Positions 46,546 through 55,373 are shown, counted from the stretch's first letter. The stretch: DNA of 64,000 nucleotides from an uncultured virus (IMG/VR IMGVR_UViG_3300006919_000002) (IMGVR_UViG_3300006919_000002), one strand, 5' to 3'. The notes: generated by a model from the sequence alone, not told the origin. Made by a program: numbers and translations.

Positions 46546-47201
46546 CTCAAGAGTTTACTGACGGTGAAGTCAGTCTTGTTTGGTGTACACCAAATGCAGA
46601 AGAATTAATTGTTCGCATGGCAAGAGTCTCTGCTCCTGCTAATGAGAACAATATGGATACTGCACCACGTTTAATTCGTTATTTGATTAAACACAATCAC
46701 TGGTCTCCAATGGAAATGTGTAATCTTTGTGTTGAAATCAAAACAACAAGAGCAATTTCTGCTCAGATAATTAGACACCGTTCATTTTCTTTCCAGGAAT
46801 TCTCTCAACGTTATGCTGATATCAATGAGATTGGCACAGCAAGAGTTCCTAAATTAAGGAGACAAGATCTAAAGAACCGTCAGAATTCAATTGATGATTT
46901 ACCAGATCATCTTATTCAATTATATGAAAGACGGATTACTGAATTATTTGAAGAAGCAAGTCATCTTTATGGAGAGATGGTTAGCCATGGTGTAGCAAAA
47001 GAATGTGCAAGAAATGTTTTACCTTTGGCAACACCAAGTCGTTTGTATATGAATGGAACACTCAGATCTTATTTGCACTACTGTAACTTAAGATGCGAAC
47101 AAGGAACACAGTTAGAACATAGAGATGTAGCAGAAGCAATTAAAAAGATATTTACTATCTTGTTTCCCAATCTTGCTAGTGCTATGTGGGAATTAGAATA
47201 G
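46530..47201 (+). CDS. thyX: Flavin-dependent thymidylate synthase
   Basis: HWSPME, QIIRHRSFSFQEFSQRY, AKECARNVLP, NGTLRS. Confidence 0.95.
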   Translation: MEARLTQEFTDGEVSLVWCTPNAEELIVRMARVSAPANENNMDTAPRLIRYLIKHNHWSPMEMCNLCVEIKTTRAISAQIIRHRSFSFQEFSQRYADINEIGTARVPKLRRQDLKNRQNSIDDLPDHLIQLYERRITELFEEASHLYGEMVSHGVAKECARNVLPLATPSRLYMNGTLRSYLHYCNLRCEQGTQLEHRDVAEAIKKIFTILFPNLASAMWELE

Positions 47202-47226
47202 AAATGTAAACATAAGAACATAGACA

Positions 47227-47505
47227 ATGGCAAAAGCCACTTCATATACTGTTGCAAACCTTAAGTTAAAACCTTTATGGGTTGAAATGTATCGCATTGA
47301 TAAAGGCAACTGGACTAATCCAGGTGTTAAATATGCCCACATGCTTCGTTTAATTGCTGATCGTATCAGTCAAGACTATGACGAAGAACTCAATCCTCGC
47401 AATCAAACACCTGAACAAGTTGCTGAATGGTTAAGAGAACAAGCACTTAAAGGTGACAACCACGATAAGTGTAATTACCCTTGGCTTGACCCAAATTTTC
47501 TTTGA
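47227..47505 (+). CDS. Hypothetical protein
   Basis: ORF track. Confidence 0.65.
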   Translation: MAKATSYTVANLKLKPLWVEMYRIDKGNWTNPGVKYAHMLRLIADRISQDYDEELNPRNQTPEQVAEWLREQALKGDNHDKCNYPWLDPNFL

Positions 47506-47864
47506 TGCCTTCCAAAATCACGCCTGATCAAATTCTTGAACCTAAATTCACACCAGGAACTCGTGTCGCTGATCGTCCAAAGCCAAGAGGGCAGCTCTTC
47601 ACTACTGAAAGAGGTAGGAAAATTTGTGCTCAGTTTTCAGGTCAACGTTATGGAGTTGTTGTAGACACAATAGTAAAGTTTCATAAAGTTAAAAACGGTA
47701 ATAAAGAATTTAAGAGAAGAAGATTGTATGTAAATGTTTTGTGGGATGGCTTTAAATCTTCTTCACTCCATGATCAAAATCGTCTTTGTCACATTGATGA
47801 GTTCCAAGAAATTTGTAACAAATCTACCTTTGGTATTGACACAACCCATGCATCATGGGATTAA
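47502..47864 (+). CDS. Hypothetical protein, SH3-like fold candidate
   Basis: KFTPGTRV...YGVV...VNVLWDG. Confidence 0.6.
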   Translation: MMPSKITPDQILEPKFTPGTRVADRPKPRGQLFTTERGRKICAQFSGQRYGVVVDTIVKFHKVKNGNKEFKRRRLYVNVLWDGFKSSSLHDQNRLCHIDEFQEICNKSTFGIDTTHASWD

Positions 47865-47866
47865 TA

Positions 47867-47903
47867 AATAAGACTCTCACTTTTTGAGAGTGAGAGTCTT
47901 ATT
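47867..47903. terminator. Hairpin between convergent genes
   Basis: AATAAGACTCTCAC / GTGAGAGTCTTATT 14-bp inverted repeat. Confidence 0.7.
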
Positions 47904-47907
47904 AAAA

Positions 47908-48060
47908 TCATTTAGATCCAAGGACGTGGTTTAAAAGATCACGTCCTTTTTCTTTCTCTTTTCTTTCATGTTGTTTCTTTTGTTCCATTAAGTATGCAAT
48001 TAAGTTTCGATCCATAGTATTGTTGCTTTCATAAGCAACACCCCTGTACATCAATTTCAT
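47908..48060 (-). CDS. DUF4278-like small protein (50 aa)
   Basis: MKLMYRGVAY N-terminus matches the L.YRGV.Y signature. Confidence 0.7.
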   Translation of the reverse strand: MKLMYRGVAYESNNTMDRNLIAYLMEQKKQHERKEKEKGRDLLNHVLGSK

Positions 48061-48064
48061 TTTA

Positions 48065-48078
48065 GTATCCGTTGCTAC
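48065..48078. promoter_or_regulatory. Candidate NtcA box
   Basis: GTA-TCCGTTGC-TAC (GTA-N8-TAC) between a TATTAT -10-like hexamer and the ATG of the DUF4278-like gene. Confidence 0.55.
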
Positions 48079-48131
48079 AGATTTATAATACATCTTTGTT
48101 TCATTTGATGTAGTTCGTGCAGATACAGTCC

Positions 48132-48159
48132 ACGTCCTGAGCATGACGTTAAAAGGTTC
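48132..48159 (+). ncRNA. H-type pseudoknot leader, family D
   Basis: ACGTC/GACGT stem; loop GAGC pairs with GTTC. Confidence 0.6.
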
Positions 48160-48185
48160 GAAACCAAACACCTTACTTCACTTCC

Positions 48186-48947
48186 ATGACTGACTCCCAA
48201 CTCCTCAAGTTTTCTACAGGCAACGGCAAGCTCAAAAACCGTTTGATCTTTTCACTGCCAGCTGGTTACACCTGTCCTCATGCTGGTGTCTGTAAAACTC
48301 TTGCAGATCGTAAGACTGGTAAGCTCACTGACTTACCTCAGATGACTGGCACTGAAGCACCAGAGTTCCGTTGCTTTGCTGCGTGCTCAGAAAAGTATCC
48401 AGTCGTTCGTAATGTTCGCTGGCATAACTTTGAACTATTAAGAGCATGTGACTTCAGCGATTACACTGAACTAGCTGCTTTAATATTCAATTCATTGATG
48501 GCAGCACCAAAAAAAGATCTAGTTCGTATCCATGAGTCTGGTGATTTCTGGACTGAGATTTATATGCGTGCATGGATCGATGTAGCACGCTTGCTACCAG
48601 ATATAACCATGTATGCTTATACAAAGTCTTTAGGGATGTGGCAATCTCTTTATGATTACATTCCAGATAACTTTTATTTGACTGCTTCATATGGTGGCAC
48701 ACTTGATTACATGATTCCTCGTGAGCCTAAAATCTTTAAGCGTTATTCCAGAGTGGTCTACACAGAACAAGAAGCAGCTGACCTGGGCCTTGAGATTGAC
48801 CATGATGACTCTCACTGCTTGGGTGACAAGCCTTTTGCCTTACTCGTTCATGGCACTCAACGGGCTGGATCAGAGGCTAGTAAAGCCCTGTCTCAACGCA
48901 AGAAAGAAGGAGGATTTGTTGGATACGGCAAATCAAATTCGCACTAA
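48186..48947 (+). CDS. Gp88-like protein (Cys-rich, possibly Fe-S)
   Basis: GNGKL...FSLPAGYTCP...C...CFA...RIHESGDF...YAYTK. Confidence 0.7.
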   Translation: MTDSQLLKFSTGNGKLKNRLIFSLPAGYTCPHAGVCKTLADRKTGKLTDLPQMTGTEAPEFRCFAACSEKYPVVRNVRWHNFELLRACDFSDYTELAALIFNSLMAAPKKDLVRIHESGDFWTEIYMRAWIDVARLLPDITMYAYTKSLGMWQSLYDYIPDNFYLTASYGGTLDYMIPREPKIFKRYSRVVYTEQEAADLGLEIDHDDSHCLGDKPFALLVHGTQRAGSEASKALSQRKKEGGFVGYGKSNSH

Positions 48948-48972
48948 TAATTAAAACACTTGCTCTTTATAA

Positions 48973-49008
48973 AAGGACAGATACAATTTATCTGTCCTTA
49001 TTTCTTTT
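48973..49008 (+). terminator. Probable intrinsic terminator
   Basis: AAGGACAGATA/TATCTGTCCTT plus T-rich tail. Confidence 0.6.
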
Positions 49009-49242
49009 ATGTCTTACATCATTGCTTGCTGGAAACAAGAAAAGCCTTATGGAATTTCTTGTGACAAATCTACAAACACTTTTGAATTAATTCCATTAGA
49101 TTCATGTACAGCGTTTAACAAAGTCTATTCGCATCCTTATCGAGCAGGAGCGCAACAGATTTTAAATTGGATTAATAAAAATGTCAAAGAACTATCCAGT
49201 CAAAACCTCTCAATTCAAGATGAATGCCGATTCAGAAAATGA
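49009..49242 (+). CDS. Hypothetical protein
   Basis: ORF track. Confidence 0.6.
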   Translation: MSYIIACWKQEKPYGISCDKSTNTFELIPLDSCTAFNKVYSHPYRAGAQQILNWINKNVKELSSQNLSIQDECRFRK

Positions 49243-51043
49243 AACATGGTTAGTTTTTGACATAGAAACAGATGGACTTTATGATGCAGTTACAAAAACA
49301 TTTTGCATCGTTGCACATGATATCTATAGAAAACAAACTGTTACTTACGGGCCTGATTGCATTGATGCTGCTCTTGACTATCTGGCTCAGGCTGATGTTT
49401 TAATTGGACACAACATTATATTTTATGACTTACCAGTATTGAAAAAACTTTATGAGTTTGAATTCAATGGACAAGTCATTGACACATTGGTCTGCACCAG
49501 ACTTATTTGGCCCAAGGAAAAACTATTTGAACTCGACTCAGATCTTTATGAGGACAAAACACCATCGAATCTTAAAGGTGGTGCGAGTCTCAAGGCGTGG
49601 GGTTACCGTTTGTCGGATCATAAGATTGAATTCAAAGATTTTGATGAGTATTCAGATAGCATGCTTGCGTATTGTAAGCAAGATGTTAACGTTACCACTA
49701 AACTTTTTAATCTTATTAAAAAAGAATCTTATTCCCAAGCCGCTCTTAAACTGGAGCATGAATTTGCTCAGGCAATTAATAGACAAATTAGATCTGGCAT
49801 TCCATTTGATGTTGATCAATGCATTGATCTTGTGGATTTGCTACGAAGAAAGCAAAAAGAATTAGAAATAAAATTAAAAGAATTATTTCCTCCCATTGAA
49901 CACAAAGAATGGTTTATTCCTAAAGTCAATAGCAAAGCAAGAGGATATACAAAAGGAGTTCCATTTGAAAAGATTAGAGTTGAATTTTTTAATCCAGGCT
50001 CACGTCAGCAGATTGTTGAACGTTTAAAACTTAAATACAATTGGACTCCTAAAAAGAAAACAGATAAAGGAAATCCAATATTAAATGATGAAGTATTAGA
50101 ACAACTTCCTTTTCCAGAAGCAAAGCTTTTGGCAGAATACATGCTAATCCAAAAACGATTGGGGCAAATTGCTGATGGATCCAACGCTTGGCTCAAGCTT
50201 GTCAACAATTCTGATGGTCGTATGCATGGTGATGTTATTACTAATGGGTGTATTACAGGCCGTTGTGCGCATCGTAATCCCAATGCCGCGCAAGTTCCGG
50301 CAGGTTATTCCCCTTATGGTAAAGAATGTAGGTCTTTATTCCATGCACCAGAAGGATGGGATTTGATTGGTATCGATGCCAAAGCACTTGAGTTAAGATG
50401 TCTTGCTGGTTATCTTGCAATCTGGGATGACGGTAAATATGGTGAGCTTGTAACAGATCCTAATGGAGATATACATACATACAACCAAAAACAATTTGGT
50501 GTGGCTACCAGGGATATTTCAAAGCGTTTGCTTTATGGAATGTTATATGGTTGTGGCTATTTAAAAGCAGGTACAATCATTGATCCTAATTGTAAAGATC
50601 AAAACAAATTAAAAGAACTAGGCAGCAATGCAATCAATGGTTTTATGGAGGGTGTTCCTGCGTTAAAGAAATTAAAGAATTTAATAGAAGAAACAATAGA
50701 AGATCGTAAGTATTTAATTGGATTAGATCGTAGAGTTCTTTATTGCCGTTCAGCATTCAAAGGATTAAATGTTTTGCTGCAATCAGCTGGTGCAATCTTG
50801 ATGAAACAAGTTGTTATTAATGTTCATAATAACCTCAAAGAAGTTGGGCTGGAGTACGGGAAAGATTGGGAACAAATGCTAATGGTTCATGATGAAATTC
50901 AGATCGCTTGTGCTCCACAACATACTGAAACAATCCGTGAACAAGCCTTGAGAGCTTTCCCCCAGGCTCAAGAATTCTTTGGATTTAGATGTCTGATTGA
51001 AGGGGATTCCAGAGTAGGATCTAACTGGTTTGAAACACACTAG
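49220..51043 (+). CDS. polA: Family A DNA polymerase, T7 gp5-like (3'-5' exonuclease plus polymerase)
   Basis: ExoI FDIETDG, ExoII GHNIIFYD, FNPGSRQQI, motif A DAKALELR, motif B RDISKRLLYGMLYG, motif C VHDE; track start 49181. Confidence 0.95.
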   Translation: MNADSENETWLVFDIETDGLYDAVTKTFCIVAHDIYRKQTVTYGPDCIDAALDYLAQADVLIGHNIIFYDLPVLKKLYEFEFNGQVIDTLVCTRLIWPKEKLFELDSDLYEDKTPSNLKGGASLKAWGYRLSDHKIEFKDFDEYSDSMLAYCKQDVNVTTKLFNLIKKESYSQAALKLEHEFAQAINRQIRSGIPFDVDQCIDLVDLLRRKQKELEIKLKELFPPIEHKEWFIPKVNSKARGYTKGVPFEKIRVEFFNPGSRQQIVERLKLKYNWTPKKKTDKGNPILNDEVLEQLPFPEAKLLAEYMLIQKRLGQIADGSNAWLKLVNNSDGRMHGDVITNGCITGRCAHRNPNAAQVPAGYSPYGKECRSLFHAPEGWDLIGIDAKALELRCLAGYLAIWDDGKYGELVTDPNGDIHTYNQKQFGVATRDISKRLLYGMLYGCGYLKAGTIIDPNCKDQNKLKELGSNAINGFMEGVPALKKLKNLIEETIEDRKYLIGLDRRVLYCRSAFKGLNVLLQSAGAILMKQVVINVHNNLKEVGLEYGKDWEQMLMVHDEIQIACAPQHTETIREQALRAFPQAQEFFGFRCLIEGDSRVGSNWFETH

Positions 51044-51116
51044 CTTCCGTAGCTCAGTGGAATAGAGCATCCGCCTTCTAAGCGGTTGGTCGCAGGTTCG
51101 AGTCCTGCCGGAAGCG
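51043..51116 (+). tRNA. tRNA-Arg(TCT)
   Basis: GCTTCCG/CGGAAGC acceptor, CCGC-CTTCTAA-GCGG, GCAGG-TTCGAGT-CCTGC; no CCA. Confidence 0.93.
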
Positions 51117-51117
51117 T

Positions 51118-51144
51118 GGTCCTGGGTATGACCTTAAACTACCC
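51118..51144 (+). ncRNA. H-type pseudoknot leader, family D
   Basis: GGTC/GACC and GGGTA/TACCC. Confidence 0.7.
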
Positions 51145-51165
51145 TCGTTCTATTTATTTCACACC

Positions 51166-51933
51166 ATGAACATTGTTTCTGTTTGTGCCAAAGTCAAAGA
51201 AGATCCTAGAGAAGTCTATGTTTCTTCTGATTCAACAGCTTTGCGCTGTTTAATTCAGTTGCCACCTGTAGGAAATAAAGCTCCTACAGTTATTGAAATG
51301 AATCTGTATGGCAAAACAGCTGATCGATTCACTGCCAAGAAAGATTCACTTATTTTTCTTTCCAAGTCAAAGTTACGCTTTGATCTGGAAAGCCGCAGCT
51401 TCTCTTTACATGGTGGTGTTATTGCAAACATCACTGATGAGTTTCCTATTTTTAATAGTGTTATTCTCTGTGGTCGTTGTGTTAAAGATATTGATCCTAA
51501 TGATCCAAAACAATTTAAAACAACAGACAGTGGTTTAATTATTTGCAATCAAACACTGGCAGTTGTTACAGGTAAAAATCAATCTGATTTATATAATTTC
51601 TATGCCATCAACAATGTTGATGACAAAATTAAACATGCAGAACTGATGTGCAACTATACCAGGAAGGGTACAGGTGCAACCATTGAAGGAAAGTTAGTTA
51701 CTGATGTATGGAAAGATAAAAACTCAAATGAACAAAAGTCTCAAAGTAAGATTCAATTGGTTCAAATGACTCTTGCTCCTAGGCTGGATGGCTATCAAAA
51801 GTCTGGAAACAATTACCAGGCTCCTGCAAAGAAAGAAGCCAATGATGCAAAACCTGATCCATATGGTGATAGCCTACCCACACTGAGCGATAAGTACAGC
51901 TCTCAACCTGAACTAGAAGAGGCACCCTTCTGA
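51166..51933 (+). CDS. ssb: Single-stranded DNA-binding protein, probably two OB folds
   Basis: NSVILCGR, RKGTGATIEGKLVTDVWKDK, acidic C-terminus ELEEAPF. Confidence 0.85.
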   Translation: MNIVSVCAKVKEDPREVYVSSDSTALRCLIQLPPVGNKAPTVIEMNLYGKTADRFTAKKDSLIFLSKSKLRFDLESRSFSLHGGVIANITDEFPIFNSVILCGRCVKDIDPNDPKQFKTTDSGLIICNQTLAVVTGKNQSDLYNFYAINNVDDKIKHAELMCNYTRKGTGATIEGKLVTDVWKDKNSNEQKSQSKIQLVQMTLAPRLDGYQKSGNNYQAPAKKEANDAKPDPYGDSLPTLSDKYSSQPELEEAPF

Positions 51934-52127
51934 TGAACAGCATTACTTATGAACTTGATCCTCCTTTTAAATTTCTTTATGAAGATGGAGAGTCACAAGT
52001 TTTAATTCAAATTAAAACTGCTGACCTATCAGATATCGTTCCAAAAATTTTTGGTTTCTTGACAGCCTGTGGCTATAAAGAAGAAGAAATTTTAGAAGCA
52101 GTATCTGCTTTGCTCAATCAGGAGTAA
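51933..52127 (+). CDS. Hypothetical protein
   Basis: ORF track; FGFLTACGY. Confidence 0.65.
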   Translation: MNSITYELDPPFKFLYEDGESQVLIQIKTADLSDIVPKIFGFLTACGYKEEEILEAVSALLNQE

Positions 52128-52132
52128 TCTAT

Positions 52133-52159
52133 GGTCCTGGGCATGACCTTAAACTGCCC
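52133..52159 (+). ncRNA. H-type pseudoknot leader, family D
   Basis: GGTC/GACC and GGGCA/TGCCC. Confidence 0.7.
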
Positions 52160-52184
52160 ATCATCAACTACAACGCTCTTTCCA

Positions 52185-53276
52185 ATGCAACTAGCATCTT
52201 CTTCTCAAGCCACTTCATCGGCCCTTGCAACTTTTACTAACGCAAATAATGAATTGATTCTTCCAGAGGGGGATATCTTTGCTCTCTGGGATAATCCAGA
52301 ATTTGTTGTTGGCATGCAAGCATGGTCAACCATCCAACCAATTGTTGGAGGAAAGTTTGGTGGTTACTTTATCAAACAAGAAAGTATTAATAGCTGTCAG
52401 TGGACTGCTACAGAAGAAGACTTTAGTCCTGGTAGTGTTAAGTACAACACTGAACATACTTTTTCAAGTGGCACATCAGATCAAGGTCACTTCTTTATCG
52501 AGCCTCGAATGCAGATCATTCATGCATCTGAGTTGTTAATTTGTGAGGCTGATGGTAGAAATTTGATTCTTGGTGACTTCAGTAAGAATGAAAATAATGA
52601 ATACAATTTTCCAGTCTTACTTGCTGACTTTGAACAAGATAAGACAAGGCAAAAGCGTAAGTATGGAACACGTCGTAAGTACCTAGTTCGTCTTATGACA
52701 ATGGAAGGTACACCTGCACATAACATTCCTATTGTTCTTACACTTAAAGGCATTGCCAGTAAGCGTTTCCATGATGCTTACTCAACGTTTAAAAGTGAAA
52801 TGGAGAAATGCATTTGTGCATACAATGGATCAATGGCAATGAAGTACAATAACTTTTTCCATTCGACTTGTATTTTTATTCCTACCCTTGAGCGTGAAAA
52901 CTATACGCCTGAAGGTAGGAGCAGCAGTGTAGCTGTTGTTGGTCTTAAAGAATATCTTCGTCCTAGCTATACCACCAAAGAAGAAGCCGGTGCATTTTTA
53001 AAAATGTTAACCATTGCTCGTTCGGCTTACCAGAGTACATTTGAAATTGAACAAGATCCTGTGATGCGTAACTTTGTTAACTATCACAGTATGTCTGACG
53101 CGAAGAAACTACAAGGAAGCTATGGTGTAGCTGAAGGTGTTTCAGTTATGCCAGCAACGGTTAAAACTGTAGAATCAAATCAAAATGCTAACGTTAAAGT
53201 TGAATACGATGCACACGACATACTTGAAGAAAAGCCAAGCCTGGCTGCGTTGACTGGCGAAGACAGTTTACTCTAG
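52185..53276 (+). CDS. Hypothetical protein (possibly DUF5895-like)
   Basis: ATG after the pseudoknot (track start 52131); HNIPIVLTLKG..F segment. Confidence 0.7.
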   Translation: MQLASSSQATSSALATFTNANNELILPEGDIFALWDNPEFVVGMQAWSTIQPIVGGKFGGYFIKQESINSCQWTATEEDFSPGSVKYNTEHTFSSGTSDQGHFFIEPRMQIIHASELLICEADGRNLILGDFSKNENNEYNFPVLLADFEQDKTRQKRKYGTRRKYLVRLMTMEGTPAHNIPIVLTLKGIASKRFHDAYSTFKSEMEKCICAYNGSMAMKYNNFFHSTCIFIPTLERENYTPEGRSSSVAVVGLKEYLRPSYTTKEEAGAFLKMLTIARSAYQSTFEIEQDPVMRNFVNYHSMSDAKKLQGSYGVAEGVSVMPATVKTVESNQNANVKVEYDAHDILEEKPSLAALTGEDSLL

Positions 53277-53530
53277 GCTTCTGTTACAGTAGGATTGGTC
53301 AGGTCTTCGGGCCTGACCTTTATTTCTTTTATTGTCCAAAGCTCTTTTACTAAACCACGAATCACACCTTGTCTTTGGGTTGCAATCCTTGTTAAAAGAA
53401 TTGCCATCATTTGTAAGTCTTTAACTGAAGAAGTATTCTGAATTTCTCTTTTCAGTTTTTCTTCCCAAAACTTATCTTGCAATGATGGTTCAAGTTCAAA
53501 TGAAGCCAATGGGGTAAATTCACTTTCCAT
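53273..53530 (-). CDS. Small helical protein, weak NblA-like candidate
   Basis: PSLQDKFW..KLKREIQ....KDLQ..AILL; start MESEF within track ORF. Confidence 0.5.
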   Translation of the reverse strand: MESEFTPLASFELEPSLQDKFWEEKLKREIQNTSSVKDLQMMAILLTRIATQRQGVIRGLVKELWTIKEIKVRPEDLTNPTVTEA

Positions 53531-53562
53531 TGTGCAATTTCTATTCACCACACTCTACCACA

Positions 53563-54510
53563 ATGACACAATCTCTTGCACATTTTGCACCACTTACTGA
53601 TGTTCAATCATACATATATAACCGCTCAAACTTACGCAGATCTTTTGAAGGTTTTGATGATACTGACATTGCAGGTATTTTTGTTCAGGGTGAGCATGTA
53701 ATTGTTGTTCGTAATGATGGGAATGAAGAAGTATATAGCAAAGAAAAAGTTCAACAATCTTTTGTAAACTTTAACCACCGTCTTGCTGATTTCTTTTCCT
53801 ACCTTGGTCCTAACTACAGACCTCCTAGCCTCTGGCACAACCATGGTTACATCATGTTTAAAGGCTGGCATTACCAGTCTCAACTTGGTAAAAATAGTTC
53901 CAATGCTCATTACCAAAGAGCTTGGGCTGATAAATTTATTCGCTTAACTGACATTGAAAAACTTAAAAGCCTTCTTCAATCAGATCAAACCAGCATTGGT
54001 TATCTCATTGCACCGTACGGGTTTCGTGCTAAGGATGTCGAGGTTTTCCATGATGATGTATTGGTTGAAGCAACCGAAGCAACAATTAATGTCGGAACCG
54101 GTCAAGCTTATTGTTCATGTGGGGCCTTTCAACGTCAGCTTACTAACTTTGATTCATTCTCCCAGGAAATCAAAGGATTTACGCCTTGGTGCAAACACCT
54201 TACTTGGTTCCATAAATGCAGAGAGTTCCAAGTCAAACGAGCCGATGTGATCACTAAAGCACGAGGAAATCAGCCAAATAAATGCTGTGCTTGGTGGTAC
54301 GCTCCTCCTTCCAATCCATCTGATAAGGGGACCTTCCAGATTTTCCACACGTCCTATGGAGCACAGGCTCCTGCTTCTCACTGGCGCCATTACAAGCCTG
54401 AGTCTTCCTTTACTCAAGATGATGCGTGGGATTTATTTTTTAACATGCTTGATGCTGGCTACGTCCCATATTCTGGTGTATCATTGCCTCAGTTCTCCAA
54501 GAAGAGCTAG
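53563..54510 (+). CDS. SWIM zinc-finger domain protein
   Basis: YCSCGAF...WCKHL; start MTQSLA within track ORF 53530. Confidence 0.75.
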   Translation: MTQSLAHFAPLTDVQSYIYNRSNLRRSFEGFDDTDIAGIFVQGEHVIVVRNDGNEEVYSKEKVQQSFVNFNHRLADFFSYLGPNYRPPSLWHNHGYIMFKGWHYQSQLGKNSSNAHYQRAWADKFIRLTDIEKLKSLLQSDQTSIGYLIAPYGFRAKDVEVFHDDVLVEATEATINVGTGQAYCSCGAFQRQLTNFDSFSQEIKGFTPWCKHLTWFHKCREFQVKRADVITKARGNQPNKCCAWWYAPPSNPSDKGTFQIFHTSYGAQAPASHWRHYKPESSFTQDDAWDLFFNMLDAGYVPYSGVSLPQFSKKS

Positions 54511-54532
54511 CCCTTCTGATCCCCGAGGGTGC

Positions 54533-54559
54533 CGTCCTGAGCATGACGCTAAACTGCTC
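54533..54559 (+). ncRNA. H-type pseudoknot leader, family D
   Basis: CGTC/GACG and GAGCA/TGCTC. Confidence 0.7.
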
Positions 54560-54585
54560 ACCTACTCACTCAAACATTTCTAATT

Positions 54586-54705
54586 ATGATTGAATCCATT
54601 CTTGCAACTGTTCTTCCTATTGTTAAGGACATTTTGATTACGGCTGCTGTAGCGATTGCTGCATATGCAATGAATGCTATTCAACAAAAGTTTCAAATGA
54701 TTTGA
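54586..54705 (+). CDS. Small membrane peptide (39 aa)
   Basis: Read manually: MIESILATVLPIVKDILITAAVAIAAYAMNAIQQKFQMI; lies between pseudoknot and terminator. Confidence 0.7.
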   Translation: MIESILATVLPIVKDILITAAVAIAAYAMNAIQQKFQMI

Positions 54706-54715
54706 TTGTTTGTTT

Positions 54716-54745
54716 AAAGTGTAGCCTGTAGGCTACACTTTTTTT
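54716..54745 (+). terminator. Intrinsic terminator
   Basis: AAAGTGTAGCC..GGCTACACTTTTTTT. Confidence 0.85.
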
Positions 54746-54765
54746 ATTTCACTCTACTAAAGCAA

Positions 54766-55161
54766 ATGTCTTACAAAGCAAATGTCGAATTCAAGTTTGA
54801 TTCTTCTTACGAACATACTTATGGTCCTGAAATTCCCGACGATTATTTTCTTCCAGAAGAGCATTTCACCATAAAAGCACCTGCTGCTGATCTTAACATT
54901 CAACAATATTTTAAATTGTTTGAAAAATTTATGTTAGGAATAGGTATGTCTCCCAGTAATATTCGATTAGGTGCTTTGTCTTTGGTTTTTAGTGATTGGG
55001 TTAACAAAGGAGAGCAAGTTAAAGCCTGTAAAGAATATGATCTAACTATGAATGAAGACTTGCCTGATAAATTTAAACAATGGAAAAAAGATGAAGAAGA
55101 GAGGATCAACTTAAGGCCTGTCGAAGATACTGTAGTTGATGGATGTTTCAACAATGACTGA
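54766..55161 (+). CDS. Cyanophage-type hypothetical protein
   Basis: ORF track; PAADLNIQQYFKLFEKFM. Confidence 0.7.
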   Translation: MSYKANVEFKFDSSYEHTYGPEIPDDYFLPEEHFTIKAPAADLNIQQYFKLFEKFMLGIGMSPSNIRLGALSLVFSDWVNKGEQVKACKEYDLTMNEDLPDKFKQWKKDEEERINLRPVEDTVVDGCFNND

Positions 55162-55315
55162 ATACAAACAACAACTCTATGATGTCATTGCTGATTGGTG
55201 GGATGAAGTATTTTCTCGCCCACGAAAGTTAGACAAGAATGATACCATCATAGATCTTGTTGAATCTATCATGGCATTACAAGCACTAGACAATCTGAAG
55301 AGTAAAAAAAGATAA
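55154..55315 (+). CDS. Hypothetical protein (53 aa)
   Basis: Read manually: MTEYKQQLYDVIADWWDEVF. Confidence 0.6.
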   Translation: MTEYKQQLYDVIADWWDEVFSRPRKLDKNDTIIDLVESIMALQALDNLKSKKR

Positions 55316-55328
55316 GGAATGCTTTTAT

Positions 55329-55373
55329 TTCACTCTACCCTTCACTCTACCCTTCACTCTACCCTTCACTCTA
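55329..55373 (+). repeat. Tandem repeat TTCACTCTACCC x3.75
   Basis: Three full units plus TTCACTCTA, ending 3 nt before the ATG at 55377. Confidence 0.9.
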
